From Oceanotoga teriensis (GTDB lineage: Bacteria > Thermotogota > Thermotogae > Petrotogales > Petrotogaceae): a stretch of 64,000 bases of DNA. The stretch spans positions 95,170 through 159,169 of the forward strand of contig NZ_QGGI01000001.1 of the NCBI RefSeq assembly GCF_003148465.1, given 5' to 3'. Position 1 is the first letter of the stretch, and every line of letters begins with the position of its first letter. The notes below the pieces were generated by a model. The model was not told the origin of the DNA. It saw only the letters and a program-made list of their open reading frames with translations, and did not search any database. The position numbers were made by a program, and so were the translations under genes. Of the stretch, positions 9,808 through 19,625 are shown piece after piece.

Positions 9808-10833
9808 TTAAAAAATCCTCCCTTCTGAAATTAATGATTTAACTAGCTTTACAACTCCATCATAGTCATCAAGACTTATTATTGTATTAGGAGAATGTAA
9901 ATATCTACAAGGAACAGAAATAACTCCACAAGGTATTCCATACATACTTCTTGAAAGTCTTGCAGCATCAGTTCCTCCAGCAGTTCTCATTTTATGCTGA
10001 TAGATTATATTTAAATCTTGAGCTGTATTTACAATGTTTTCATATATTTTTTTATCCAATACAACTCCAGAATGCATGAAAGTTAAAACCGGACCATTTC
10101 CAATATGAGTTGCCCATTTTTCAGGCTCATTTTCAGGATTATCTCCAGCTGTCGTACCTTCTAAAATCAAAGCAGCATCTGGCTTAACATATTCAGCCGC
10201 TGAACCACTACCTCTAAGACCTGTTTCTTCTTGAACTACAAAACAAAAATAAGTATCATATTCTGGTTTCAAATCATTTTCAAACAAAAAATCTATAGTA
10301 TCAAGCATTACAGAACAACCAGCTCTGTCATCAAAAGCTTTACAAAGAGCATGTCCATCACTTTCAATATAATCGACATCAAATGTAACCATATCTCCAA
10401 GATTAACTTTACTCTTCGCATTTTCATCATTTGTAAAGCCGGCATATAATTTTATTTCAGAATAATTAGCAACAGCACTTGTATCTTTTTCAAGATGTAT
10501 AGGTTTTGAATTTATTACCGCACTTATCTCTCCGTTTATTAAAAGTCTTTGAGCTTTAACAACTCTTGGATCGATACCTCCTACTGGAGAAATTCCAAAA
10601 GTTCCATCTTTGTTTATCTTAGTAATCAAAAATCCTACTTCATCCATATGTGCAGCAACCATTAATTTTTTTTGAGGATTATTTCCTTTTTTAAAAACTA
10701 TCAAATTACCCATACAATCTTCTTTTATTTCATCTATTTTACCTTCAATTTTTTCTTTTATATAATCTCTTACCTTTTTTTCTTTTCCAGATGGACCATG
10801 AATTTCAACTAATTCTTTTAAATATTTTCTCAT
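9808..10833 (-). CDS. M42 family aminopeptidase, paralog 2
   Basis: 341 aa; EIHGPSGKEKKV...AHMDEVGFLIT...VGGIDPRVV; tandem to paralog 1 with a 2-nt gap. Confidence 0.8.
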   Translation of the reverse strand: MRKYLKELVEIHGPSGKEKKVRDYIKEKIEGKIDEIKEDCMGNLIVFKKGNNPQKKLMVAAHMDEVGFLITKINKDGTFGISPVGGIDPRVVKAQRLLINGEISAVINSKPIHLEKDTSAVANYSEIKLYAGFTNDENAKSKVNLGDMVTFDVDYIESDGHALCKAFDDRAGCSVMLDTIDFLFENDLKPEYDTYFCFVVQEETGLRGSGSAAEYVKPDAALILEGTTAGDNPENEPEKWATHIGNGPVLTFMHSGVVLDKKIYENIVNTAQDLNIIYQHKMRTAGGTDAARLSRSMYGIPCGVISVPCRYLHSPNTIISLDDYDGVVKLVKSLISEGRIF

Positions 10834-11852
10834 CTTTTTTTCCCCTCTTTCATAGCAAAAAGTGCGAGAAGTTTTGAAGATGCATCTATATCACTTAAAT
10901 CAACACATTCAACTGGACTATGCATATTATATATTGGAACGGATACCAATCCTGTTTTAACTCCTGTTTTTGTCATTTGAACGACATCAGTCTCTGTCCC
11001 TGTTCTCATAGGAAGAACTTCTACTTGATGTTTTATATTTTCATCTTTACATATTTTTATTAATAAATCAAAAACTTCATCGTTTATAGCCGATCCTCTT
11101 GCAATTGCAGGTCCTTTGCCTAACAACATCGTTTCAACATTTGCCGGTAAGTCTTCAGAAAAAGTAACATCTACTATTATTGCAGACTCAGGAAAAATAT
11201 CATATGCTGTCCCTTTAGCTCCAACAAGCCCAACTTCTTCTCCCTTATTGAATGCAAGATGCAATTCTCCATCAAATTTAAAATCTTTTAAATAATCTAA
11301 TGCTTTCAAAAGAACTGTAACTCCCACTCTATTATCAAGAGATTTTCCGGTAATTACACCATTTTGTAGTTCCTTTGATTCCATTTTAATATACCCCATA
11401 TCACCAACATCTATATCCTTTGTGCCTCCAGAAATAGAAAAATCTATAAACAATTCATCAAATGATGGTGACTTACTTTTATTTTTAGCATTCTGAAGAT
11501 GTGGAGCAAGCATACCTATAACTCCAATTTTCTCTTTTCCATTTTTAACAAAATAAATTCTTTTTGAAATTAAAACTCTTGGATCTACTCCACCAATCAT
11601 TTCAACTCTCGCAAAACAATCATCAACAATTTTTGAAATAACAACTCCAATTTCATCAACATGTGCAAAAAAACCAATTTTTTTACCTGTATTTCCATAT
11701 TTTGCAATTAAATTACCTGTACCAGATTTTCTCAGTTCTATATCTTTAAAATTCTCTTTTATAATGTTTTCTATCAGATCAAATGTATAACTTTCATATG
11801 AACTAACTCCAAAAGAGTTTGAAAGTTTCATCAATACTTCTTTTGTATCCAT
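10830..11852 (-). CDS. M42 family aminopeptidase, paralog 3
   Basis: 340 aa; AHVDEIGVVISKI...IGGVDPRVL; overlaps paralog 2 by 4 nt. Confidence 0.8.
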   Translation of the reverse strand: MDTKEVLMKLSNSFGVSSYESYTFDLIENIIKENFKDIELRKSGTGNLIAKYGNTGKKIGFFAHVDEIGVVISKIVDDCFARVEMIGGVDPRVLISKRIYFVKNGKEKIGVIGMLAPHLQNAKNKSKSPSFDELFIDFSISGGTKDIDVGDMGYIKMESKELQNGVITGKSLDNRVGVTVLLKALDYLKDFKFDGELHLAFNKGEEVGLVGAKGTAYDIFPESAIIVDVTFSEDLPANVETMLLGKGPAIARGSAINDEVFDLLIKICKDENIKHQVEVLPMRTGTETDVVQMTKTGVKTGLVSVPIYNMHSPVECVDLSDIDASSKLLALFAMKEGKKR

Positions 11853-11876
11853 GAAAAAACCTCCTAAAAATTAAAA

Positions 11877-12479
11877 TTAGATCTCAAGCTGTTCTACCAA
11901 AGCTTCATCTCCAGTTGTTCTTATAGAAACAGGTGTTTCAGGCCATTGATAATTAAAAAGAGGTATTTCTGCTATTTCTATAAGAGAAGATTCCATTTGT
12001 GAAGCGATTATAAAAACATTTCTTTTATTACTCAAACCAGCTCTTATTATTCCAGCTACTTTACCAAAAACAATTACACTTCCACCAGCATTAACCTCTG
12101 CACCTTTATTAATATTACCAAAAATAATTATATCTCCCGGATTTTCTATGACTTGTCCAGATCTGACATGTTTTCTAAAAATTTTTGTACTGGAGAGATT
12201 CAATTCTTTTTTTGATTTTTTTACTGAAGGTAAATCACCAAAATACGCCCCTGCAAGTTGTAAATTCAAAGTAGATGCAAACTTAGCTACTTTAGGTAAC
12301 AAATTATACTGAGTATCATCTTTTAAATAAATATAAAAAGAGTCACCCATCTTAAAAAAGTTTTTCATCATATTCAATTTCTTTTGAAACTGTTCAAATA
12401 ACTCTTTTTGAGTGCAACCTTCTTCAAAAAAGAAAATAATGTCACCATCAATTATTTTGGCGTATATGAAATCATCCAT
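11877..12479 (-). CDS. minC: Septum site-determining protein MinC
   Basis: 200 aa; the C-terminal beta-helix region RSGQVIENPGDIIIFGNINKGAEVNAGGSVIVFGKVAGIIRAG is characteristic of the MinC C-domain. No minD or minE is adjacent. Confidence 0.6.
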   Translation of the reverse strand: MDDFIYAKIIDGDIIFFFEEGCTQKELFEQFQKKLNMMKNFFKMGDSFYIYLKDDTQYNLLPKVAKFASTLNLQLAGAYFGDLPSVKKSKKELNLSSTKIFRKHVRSGQVIENPGDIIIFGNINKGAEVNAGGSVIVFGKVAGIIRAGLSNKRNVFIIASQMESSLIEIAEIPLFNYQWPETPVSIRTTGDEALVEQLEI

Positions 12480-12621
12480 ATCTTCACTCCCCCCAAAATT
12501 CTTCTTCTATCATATAATACCACAAAAAAAGAAAACACTTAATAGTCCAAATAAATAAATAAGAGCCAAATAGAATGAAATTTTTTTCATTATTCTTTTA
12601 AAAGTATTCAATAATAATCTT

Positions 12622-12650
12622 TTGCAAGTTTGTAATATTAAAAATAATAA
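12622..12650 (+). promoter_or_regulatory. Putative sigma-70 promoter for the methylmalonyl-CoA operon
   Basis: TTGCAA, 17 nt, TAATAA; located about 45 nt upstream of the RBS and start of the mutase gene. Confidence 0.3.
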
Positions 12651-12691
12651 TGTAAAATATAAGATGTAAAATGATTCTGGGGGTGTTTTCT

Positions 12692-14365
12692 ATGGCAGAA
12701 CGTGAAGATAAAAACTTAATAAGCGAAAAAGAAAAATGGCAAAATTCTGTAAACAAAGCATTATCAAAGTTTCCAGAGAGAAAAGAAAAATTTGAAACAA
12801 CATATGGAGAAGAATTAAAAAGAATTTATACTCCTGAAGATATTGAAAATTTAAATTATTCTAAAGATCTTGGATTTCCAGGCCAGTATCCTTTCACAAG
12901 AGGTGTACAGCCTACAATGTACAGAGGAAGATTTTGGACCATGAGACAATACGCTGGATTTGCTTCAGCCGAAGAATCAAATAAAAGATATAAATATTTA
13001 TTATCTCAAGGACAAACAGGTCTTTCTGTTGCTTTTGATCTTCCCACACAAATTGGATATGATTCAGATGATGATATGTCTGATGGAGAAGTTGGAAAAG
13101 TTGGTGTTGCTATTGATTCTTTAGAAGATATGGAAATTCTATTCAATGAAATTCCTTTAGATAAAGTATCTGTATCAATGACAATAAATTCAACTGCTTC
13201 AGTATTATTATCAATGTTAATAGCCGTAGCAGAAAAACAAGGTGTAAAACCTGAACAATTAAGAGGTACTATACAAAATGATATATTAAAAGAATATATT
13301 GCAAGAGGTACTTATGTATTCCCTCCAGAACCTTCAATGAAAGTAATAGTTGATATTTTTGAATATGGTTCAAAAAATTTACCAAAATTTAATCTCATAA
13401 GTATATCTGGATATCATATTAGAGAAGCTGGTGCAAATGCAGCTCAAGAAGTTGCTTTTACACTTGCAGATGGTATCTCTTATGTTGATGCTGCAATAAA
13501 AGCTGGATTAGATGTAGATGTTTTTGGAAATAACCTTTCTTTCTTTTTTAATGCTCATAATAATTTTTTAGAAGAAATAGCAAAATTTAGAGCCGCAAGA
13601 AGATTATGGGCAAAAATAATGAAAAATAGATTTAAAGCAAAAAGCGAAAGAGCTATGAAATTAAAATTTCATACTCAAACAGCAGGTTCAACCTTAACGG
13701 CACAACAACCTATGAATAATGTTGTTAGAGTAGCTTTACAAGCATTATCAGCAGTTATGGGCGGAACACAATCTTTGCATACAAATTCATATGATGAAGC
13801 ATTGGGATTACCAACAGAAGAGTCTGCAACAATTGCCTTAAGAACTCAACAAATAATAGCATATGAATCTGGAGTAACTAATACAATAGATCCATTTGCT
13901 GGTTCTTATGTTATTGAAAAACTAACAAATGATATAGAAGAACAAGCTATGAACTATATTGAAAAAATAGATGAAATGGGTGGAATGGTAAAAGCTATAG
14001 AAAATGGTTATATACAGAAAGAAATCTTAAATTCAGCTTATGATGCTCAATTAAAGATTGAAAACAAAGAAGATATAATCATAGGTGTTAATAAATTTGA
14101 AACTGATCATGAACCTCCACGCGAAATATTAAAAGTTAATCCTGAAATGGAATTAAAACAGAAAGAAAAATTAAAAAAATTAAGACAAAATAGAGACAAT
14201 GATTTAGTAAAGAAAAATCTTGATTCTCTAAAAAATGCTGCAAAAAATAATGAAAATGTTATGCCATTCATATTAGAATGTGTAAAATCTTATGCAACAC
14301 TTGGAGAAATAACTAATGTTTTAAGAGAAATCTATGGTGAATTCAACGAGTCGGTAATTCTATAA
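12692..14365 (+). CDS. Methylmalonyl-CoA mutase, large (catalytic, N-terminal domain) subunit
   Basis: The track ORF starts at 12671; ATG 12692 follows [47 protein letters not shown]...; no B12-binding domain is present, consistent with a split mutase. Confidence 0.85.
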   Translation: MAEREDKNLISEKEKWQNSVNKALSKFPERKEKFETTYGEELKRIYTPEDIENLNYSKDLGFPGQYPFTRGVQPTMYRGRFWTMRQYAGFASAEESNKRYKYLLSQGQTGLSVAFDLPTQIGYDSDDDMSDGEVGKVGVAIDSLEDMEILFNEIPLDKVSVSMTINSTASVLLSMLIAVAEKQGVKPEQLRGTIQNDILKEYIARGTYVFPPEPSMKVIVDIFEYGSKNLPKFNLISISGYHIREAGANAAQEVAFTLADGISYVDAAIKAGLDVDVFGNNLSFFFNAHNNFLEEIAKFRAARRLWAKIMKNRFKAKSERAMKLKFHTQTAGSTLTAQQPMNNVVRVALQALSAVMGGTQSLHTNSYDEALGLPTEESATIALRTQQIIAYESGVTNTIDPFAGSYVIEKLTNDIEEQAMNYIEKIDEMGGMVKAIENGYIQKEILNSAYDAQLKIENKEDIIIGVNKFETDHEPPREILKVNPEMELKQKEKLKKLRQNRDNDLVKKNLDSLKNAAKNNENVMPFILECVKSYATLGEITNVLREIYGEFNESVIL

Positions 14366-14380
14366 AAGGAGTGCATTTTT

Positions 14381-14785
14381 ATGGATAGAAGAATAAGAGT
14401 TGTAATAGGAAAACCAGGTTTAGATGGTCATGATAGAGGTGCAAAAGTTGTTTCAAGAGCTTTGAGAGATGCCGGTATGGAAGTGATATATACAGGTATA
14501 AGACAAACACCATCAGAAATAATTGAAACTGCCCTTGAAGAAGACGCTGATATAATAGGACTTTCAATTTTATCTGGAGCACATATAAGGTTATGTGAAA
14601 AAGTAATAGAAATAATGAAAGAAAAAGGATTAGATAATGTTCCACTTTTCCTTGGAGGTATTATACCAGAAAATGATATACCACAACTAAAAAAAATAGG
14701 AGTTACTGAAGTATTTGGACCTGGTACTTCTTTAAATCTTATTTCTACAAGGGTGAAAGAAATTGTTTTGGGAAAAGAAGTTTAA
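14381..14785 (+). CDS. Methylmalonyl-CoA mutase, B12-binding small subunit
   Basis: 134 aa; [35 protein letters not shown]...[11 protein letters not shown], the cobalamin-binding DxHxxG/SxL/GG module. Confidence 0.85.
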   Translation: MDRRIRVVIGKPGLDGHDRGAKVVSRALRDAGMEVIYTGIRQTPSEIIETALEEDADIIGLSILSGAHIRLCEKVIEIMKEKGLDNVPLFLGGIIPENDIPQLKKIGVTEVFGPGTSLNLISTRVKEIVLGKEV

Positions 14786-15686
14786 TGATATAATCGAAAG
14801 TTTTAAAAATAAAAACAAATACGCTTTAGCTAAAATGATAACTTTAGTAGAAAATAATCCAGATGATGCTTGGAAAATAATTTCCAAACTTCCTAAAAAT
14901 AAATCTCCTCACATAATAGGAATAACAGGTTCTCCAGGAGCTGGAAAAAGTACTATGGTATCAAAACTGGTTGAAAAATACTCAGAAAAAAATCAAAAAA
15001 TCGGAATAATTGCAGTGGATCCAAGTAGTCCATTTACTGGCGGAGCATTTTTAGGTGATAGAATAAGAATGAGAACTTTAAATCCTGAAAATGTTTATAT
15101 AAGAAGTGTTGCTTCAAGGGGATCTGTTGGAGGATTATGTGACTCAATATTTGATATAGTAGATGTGATGAGTTCATATGGTTTTGATAAAATAATAATT
15201 GAAACTGTAGGAGCCGGCCAATCAGAAATAGAAGTTGTCTATGTTGCTGATACTATATTATTAGTCATGTCACCTGATTCTGGTGATGAAGTACAGATGT
15301 TTAAAGCTGGAATAATGGAAATAGCTGATTCATATATAGTAAACAAAATAGATCTCCAAAGTGCTAATAGATTTTTAACACAATTAAAAAACACATTAAA
15401 TCTTGAATACGAAGAAAAACATTTAAGAAAAATATTTGGTATAAGTGCAATAATGAATAAAGGATTAGATGAGGTAATTGATTGGATAGATAAACATAAA
15501 CAAAATTTATATAAAACAAATGAAATAGAAGATAGAATAAAAAGAAGAAAAGTTAGAAGAACAAGAAGTAACATAATAAGAAAACTTGATTATACAATAA
15601 AAGATTATAAAATAGAAGAAGAAAACTTATTTGAACTGAAAGATAATTTAATAAAAAAATTAACTGGAGGTAAATCAAATGACTAA
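14763..15686 (+). CDS. meaB: Methylmalonyl-CoA mutase-associated GTPase MeaB/ArgK
   Basis: 307 aa; [12 protein letters not shown]-loop [22 protein letters not shown]. The TTG start overlaps the preceding gene. Confidence 0.8.
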   Translation: MFWEKKFNDIIESFKNKNKYALAKMITLVENNPDDAWKIISKLPKNKSPHIIGITGSPGAGKSTMVSKLVEKYSEKNQKIGIIAVDPSSPFTGGAFLGDRIRMRTLNPENVYIRSVASRGSVGGLCDSIFDIVDVMSSYGFDKIIIETVGAGQSEIEVVYVADTILLVMSPDSGDEVQMFKAGIMEIADSYIVNKIDLQSANRFLTQLKNTLNLEYEEKHLRKIFGISAIMNKGLDEVIDWIDKHKQNLYKTNEIEDRIKRRKVRRTRSNIIRKLDYTIKDYKIEEENLFELKDNLIKKLTGGKSND

Positions 15687-16077
15687 AATAGATCATATAG
15701 GTATTGCTGTAAATTCAATCGAAGAAGCATTACCTTTATATAAAAATTTGTTAAAAATAGAACCTTCTGGAGAAGAAATATTAGAAGATAGAGGATTGAA
15801 AGTAGTTTTTTTAGAGATAGGAGATACAAGAATTGAATTATTACAACCTATATCAGATAATTCAGAAGTTTCAAAATTTTTAGAAAAAAGAGGAAATGGA
15901 TTTCATCATATAGCTTATAAAGTTGAAGATGTTTCAAAAGCTATAGAAGAAGCCAAAAATATGGGTTTTAAGCCTCTATCCGATGTTCCTAAAGATGGGG
16001 CACATAATACATTAGTTGCTTTTCTACATCCTAAATCTGCAAACGGGATTTTAACAGAACTTGTCCAACACAAATAG
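15679..16077 (+). CDS. Methylmalonyl-CoA epimerase (glyoxalase/VOC family)
   Basis: 132 aa; IDHIGIAVNSIEEALPLY...GFHHIAYKVEDV, a VOC-fold epimerase; overlaps meaB by 8 nt. Confidence 0.75.
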   Translation: MTKIDHIGIAVNSIEEALPLYKNLLKIEPSGEEILEDRGLKVVFLEIGDTRIELLQPISDNSEVSKFLEKRGNGFHHIAYKVEDVSKAIEEAKNMGFKPLSDVPKDGAHNTLVAFLHPKSANGILTELVQHK

Positions 16078-16090
16078 GGAGGTCATTAAA

Positions 16091-17644
16091 ATGGCTGATG
16101 AGCAGTTAAAAAATATTCTCGGAGAGTTTCATGAAAAAAAAGATAAACTCTCACTTGGTGGCGGTAAAGATAAAATTGAAAAACAACATGAAAAAAATAA
16201 ATTAACCGCAAGAGAAAGATTAAATCTATTTTTAGATGAAAATTCTTTTGAAGAAATTGACAAATTTGTAAAACACAGAAGTACTTATTTTGGATTAGAT
16301 AAAAAAGAATTTCCATATGATGGAGTTGTAACCGGTTTTGGAACTGTAAATGGTAAAAGAGTTGCCGTTTTTTCTCAAGACTTTACAGTACAAGGTGGAT
16401 CATTGGGAGAAATGCATGCAAAAAAAATAATGAAAGTCCAAGATATGGCGTTAAAATTTGGAGTACCTATAATAGGAGTAAATGATTCAGGTGGAGCAAG
16501 AATTCAAGAAGCAATAGATGCTTTATACGGTTATGGTGGAATTTTCTATAGAAATACTATTTCTTCAGGAGTAATACCACAAATCACTGTTATTGCTGGT
16601 CCATGTGCTGGTGGTGCAGTTTATTCTCCTGCTATAACTGATTTTATAATAATGGTAGATAAAAGTTCTCAAATGTTTATAACTGGTCCTCAAGTAATAA
16701 AGGCTGTAACTGGCGAAAATGTAGATAAAGAAAGTTTAGGAGGAGCAAAAGTTCATAATTCAATAAGCGGAGTTGCTCATCTAATAGCAAAAAATGATGA
16801 AGAAGCCATGAATTTGACAAAAAAACTTCTTTCTTATATACCTGCTAATAATTTAGACCCTGTAGAAAATATTGAATATAAAGAAAAAGAAATATCAGAT
16901 AAAATATATGAATTAGTGTCTCCGAACCCAAAAAAATCTTATGATGTTAGAGATGTTTTAAATGAAGTTTTTGACGAAAAATCATTTTTTGAAATACAAC
17001 CCCATTTTGCAAAAAATATGGTAATTGGGTTTGCAAGATTGGAAGGCCAATCAATAGGTATAATAGCAAATCAGCCAAAAGTTCTTGCTGGTGCATTAGA
17101 TATAAATGCTTCAGATAAAGCTGCAAGATTCATTAGATTTTGTGATGCTTTTAATATTCCAATAATAACATTTGTTGATACACCTGGATTCTTGCCAGGA
17201 GTGAATCAAGAACATGGTGGAATAATAAGACATGGTGCAAAATTATTATATGCATACTCTGAAGCATCTGTACCAAAATTATCTATAATACTAAGAAAAT
17301 CTTATGGAGGAGCATATATAGCAATGTCTTCTCAGCATTTAGGAGCTGATTTTGTTTATGCTTGGCCAACAGCTGAAATTGCTGTTATGGGACCAGAAGG
17401 TGCTGCAAATATTATATTTGCAAAAGATATAAAAAATTCAGAAACTCCTGAAATAACAAGAAAAGAAAAAATAGATGAATATAAAAATAGATTTGCAAAC
17501 CCTTATGAAGCAGCTGCCAGAGGATACATCGAAGATGTAATAGATCCAAAAGAAACAAGATACAAATTATCCTACGCACTTAATTTCGCTTCAACTAAAG
17601 CTGAATCTAAGCCTAACAAAAAACATGGAAATATTCCATTATAA
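16091..17644 (+). CDS. Methylmalonyl-CoA decarboxylase alpha subunit / propionyl-CoA carboxylase beta chain (carboxyltransferase)
   Basis: GGGAGG then ATG 16091 (MADEQLKN); the track ORF starts at 16061. Two carboxyltransferase halves (GGARIQEA...PQITVIAGPCAGGAVYSPA and ...TPGFLPG...ILRKSYGGAYIAM). Confidence 0.85.
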   Translation: MADEQLKNILGEFHEKKDKLSLGGGKDKIEKQHEKNKLTARERLNLFLDENSFEEIDKFVKHRSTYFGLDKKEFPYDGVVTGFGTVNGKRVAVFSQDFTVQGGSLGEMHAKKIMKVQDMALKFGVPIIGVNDSGGARIQEAIDALYGYGGIFYRNTISSGVIPQITVIAGPCAGGAVYSPAITDFIIMVDKSSQMFITGPQVIKAVTGENVDKESLGGAKVHNSISGVAHLIAKNDEEAMNLTKKLLSYIPANNLDPVENIEYKEKEISDKIYELVSPNPKKSYDVRDVLNEVFDEKSFFEIQPHFAKNMVIGFARLEGQSIGIIANQPKVLAGALDINASDKAARFIRFCDAFNIPIITFVDTPGFLPGVNQEHGGIIRHGAKLLYAYSEASVPKLSIILRKSYGGAYIAMSSQHLGADFVYAWPTAEIAVMGPEGAANIIFAKDIKNSETPEITRKEKIDEYKNRFANPYEAAARGYIEDVIDPKETRYKLSYALNFASTKAESKPNKKHGNIPL

Positions 17645-17659
17645 TGGAGGCGAATATAA

Positions 17660-18025
17660 ATGAGTGATGTTGCTTTAATAACTCTAACAGGAATTTTTAC
17701 GGTTTTTATTGTATTATTGATATTAATGATAGTTTTCATAATATTTGGAAAAGTATCTACAAAAAATACAAAAAAAGATCTTAAAAAATTAAATAAAATA
17801 TCTCCTAAAGAAACTATTTCTAAAGAAACAAAAGATTTTGCAGAAAACAAAGAAGATGATTTAGAAGAAATTGCTGCAATAAGTGCTGCAATTTCGTATT
17901 TTATGGGTAACAAAAAATATAAAATCAGAAGTATAGAAAAAGAAAATGAAATAAAAATCAAACAATCAAAACCTGCAAGATGGGGTTCTGTTCAACCAGT
18001 ACAAATATGGAGAACAAATAGATAA
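17660..18025 (+). CDS. OadG-like small membrane subunit (methylmalonyl-CoA/oxaloacetate decarboxylase gamma/delta-type)
   Basis: 121 aa; an N-terminal single TM (LITLTGIFTVFIVLLILMIVFIIFGKV) then a Lys/Glu-rich linker; lies between the carboxyltransferase and the biotin carrier, as in Na+-pumping decarboxylase operons. Confidence 0.5.
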   Translation: MSDVALITLTGIFTVFIVLLILMIVFIIFGKVSTKNTKKDLKKLNKISPKETISKETKDFAENKEDDLEEIAAISAAISYFMGNKKYKIRSIEKENEIKIKQSKPARWGSVQPVQIWRTNR

Positions 18026-18042
18026 TTTGGAGGGGTAGGAAA

Positions 18043-18453
18043 ATGATTAAAAATTTTAAAGTTAAAGTAAATGGTAAATCATATGATGTAGAAGTAGAAG
18101 AATTAAATAATGAAATAATAGAAAATAAAACCCAACAAAATATTGATATAAAACCTCAAGAAAAAAATCTAGAAAAAACAATCGCAAAAAAAGAAGTAAC
18201 AGAACCAAAAAAAGAAGAAAAAATCGTTGAAAAATCTTCTGGAGAAGAAATTTTAGCTCCACTTCCAGGAGTAATATTAGATATATTAGTAAATGAAGGT
18301 CAACAAATAAATAAAGGTGATAAATTATTAGTAATAGAAGCTATGAAAATGGAAAATGATATACAATCTGAATATTCAGGAATAATTGATAAAATACTTG
18401 TTAAAAAAGGTGATTCAGTCGATGGAGATCAACCAGTAATAATATTAAAATAA
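18043..18453 (+). CDS. Biotin carboxyl carrier protein (biotinyl domain subunit)
   Basis: 136 aa; the C-terminal biotinyl domain has the EAMKMEN biotinylation motif and a PV..IL tail. Confidence 0.8.
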   Translation: MIKNFKVKVNGKSYDVEVEELNNEIIENKTQQNIDIKPQEKNLEKTIAKKEVTEPKKEEKIVEKSSGEEILAPLPGVILDILVNEGQQINKGDKLLVIEAMKMENDIQSEYSGIIDKILVKKGDSVDGDQPVIILK

Positions 18454-18460
18454 TCAAAAA

Positions 18461-18486
18461 GGGCATCAAAATGATGCCCTTTTTTA
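18461..18486. terminator. Bidirectional rho-independent terminator
   Basis: GGGCATCA-aaa-TGATGCCC stem flanked by an A5 run upstream and a T6 run downstream; it can terminate both the plus-strand decarboxylase operon and the minus-strand XRE operon. Confidence 0.6.
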
Positions 18487-18509
18487 TATATTAATAACAA
18501 ACTCAAAAA

Positions 18510-18689
18510 TTATCTTTTTATTTTTTTATTAATATTATATGAAATTAAAAATATATTGATTAACATAAAAATTCCTACAATTCTTACAATCCAATCTGGA
18601 AATCGATATATAAAAAAATTAACAAACATAAAAACTATTAATAATATCATTATTGTATACAAAAAAGATCCTATAAAAATTTTTTTCAT
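18510..18689 (-). CDS. Small (59 aa) two-TM membrane protein, below the ORF-track cutoff
   Basis: MKKIFIGSFLYTIMILLIVFMFVNFFIYRFPDWIVRIVGIFMLINIFLISYNINKKIKR; starts 8 nt after the stop of the upstream membrane-protein gene; an uncertain call. Confidence 0.3.
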   Translation of the reverse strand: MKKIFIGSFLYTIMILLIVFMFVNFFIYRFPDWIVRIVGIFMLINIFLISYNINKKIKR

Positions 18690-18697
18690 ATTTTAAC

Positions 18698-19138
18698 CTA
18701 AAATTTTCTTAAACAATAAAATTTTATGAACAATCCAATCAACATTTGAATACCGGCAGTGATTATTAGAGTTAAAAATATAATTGTATTAAAATACCCC
18801 AATATTATACCCGATATTATCATAATAACCGAATTAATAAGCAATAATGGCATTCCTGCTTTACTACGTATTAACTTTAATCTTTCATCATTTTCTTTAT
18901 TATACAATAATTTTAATTTTTTATCACTTTTAACAACTTTATTCAATTTGATTAAATTTATAATAGCTAACATTTCTAAACCAAACATCAATCCAAATTG
19001 AAAAGAATTTATAAAATTCTCTGAATCAATATTATTCCTAATAAAAAAAACATCCAAAACAATATAAACACAAAAAATCAAAATAAATACAGTTAAAATT
19101 CTAATTCTTTTTATAACTTTTTTTCTAAAATTCTCCAT
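18698..19138 (-). CDS. Hypothetical membrane protein co-transcribed with the XRE regulator
   Basis: 146 aa; 3-4 predicted TM helices; 12 nt downstream of the HTH gene. Confidence 0.4.
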   Translation of the reverse strand: MENFRKKVIKRIRILTVFILIFCVYIVLDVFFIRNNIDSENFINSFQFGLMFGLEMLAIINLIKLNKVVKSDKKLKLLYNKENDERLKLIRSKAGMPLLLINSVIMIISGIILGYFNTIIFLTLIITAGIQMLIGLFIKFYCLRKF

Positions 19139-19150
19139 GGTTCATCTCCT

Positions 19151-19360
19151 CTATTCTATTTCAGAAAAATCAAAAACTTCTTCAATTGATAATCCAAAAT
19201 ATTTTGATATCTTATATGCAAGAATCAAAGAAGCGGTATATTTTTCAGTTTCAATAGAAGTTATCGTTTGTCTTGTAGTGCCTACTTCCAATGCCAAGTC
19301 TTCCTGAGATAATTTGTTCTTTTTCCTTAATTCTCTAATTTTATTTTTCAAAAAAATCAC
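19151..19360 (-). CDS. XRE-family (Cro/C1-type HTH) transcriptional regulator
   Basis: 69 aa; LSQEDLALEVGTTRQTITSIETEKYTASLILAYKISKYFGLSIEEVF is a canonical HTH_3 domain. Confidence 0.75.
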   Translation of the reverse strand: MIFLKNKIRELRKKNKLSQEDLALEVGTTRQTITSIETEKYTASLILAYKISKYFGLSIEEVFDFSEIE

Positions 19361-19368
19361 CTACTAAT

Positions 19369-19435
19369 TTTGCAAAGTTAACTTTACATTTTTAGTTTAG
19401 CATACTTTGCATTTTTTGTCAAGCTAACTTTGCAA
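19369..19435. promoter_or_regulatory. Palindromic operator (three TGCAAAGT half-sites) overlapping the divergent XRE promoter
   Basis: TTGCAAAGTTAAC at 19370-19382, its inverted copy GCTAACTTTGCAA at 19423-19435, and a third half-site (revcomp TGCAAAGTATG) at 19401-19411. A minus-strand TTGACA-17-TAAACT promoter is embedded between them. Confidence 0.45.
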
Positions 19436-19465
19436 AAAATAAAATATAAAATATTTAAATCAAAT

Positions 19466-19494
19466 TTGACAAATAAAAATAATTATGTTATTAT
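19466..19494 (+). promoter_or_regulatory. Putative sigma-70 promoter of the riboswitch-led methionine operon
   Basis: TTGACA (19466-19471), 17 nt, TATTAT (19489-19494), about 18 nt upstream of the riboswitch aptamer. Confidence 0.4.
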
Positions 19495-19511
19495 TTTATC
19501 AAATTAAATAG

Positions 19512-19615
19512 TACTTATCCAGAGAAGAGTAGGGAATCGGCCCGTTGATACTTCAGCAACCTGCAATTGCGTTGGTGCTAAATCCGACATTTCTATTTGA
19601 AATGAAAGATAAGAT
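19512..19615 (+). promoter_or_regulatory. SAM-I (S-box) riboswitch aptamer
   Basis: acTTATCCAGAGaagAGtAGGGAatCGGCCCgtTGAtaCttcaGCAACCtgcaattgcgttGGTGCTAAAtCCgac...AGATAAGat matches the S-box consensus (CTTATCaAGAG..GGAGGGAcTGGCCC.TGA..CC..GCAACC...GGTGCTAAttCC...AGATAAG). Confidence 0.8.
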
Positions 19616-19625
19616 AAAATATTTA

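Noticed and set aside
12480-12691. Possible cobalamin riboswitch upstream of the B12-dependent methylmalonyl-CoA mutase
   Set aside because: I looked for the B12-box (GCCACTG-like core) and a multi-stem aptamer and found none. The region contains only a plausible promoter and a tiny hairpin.
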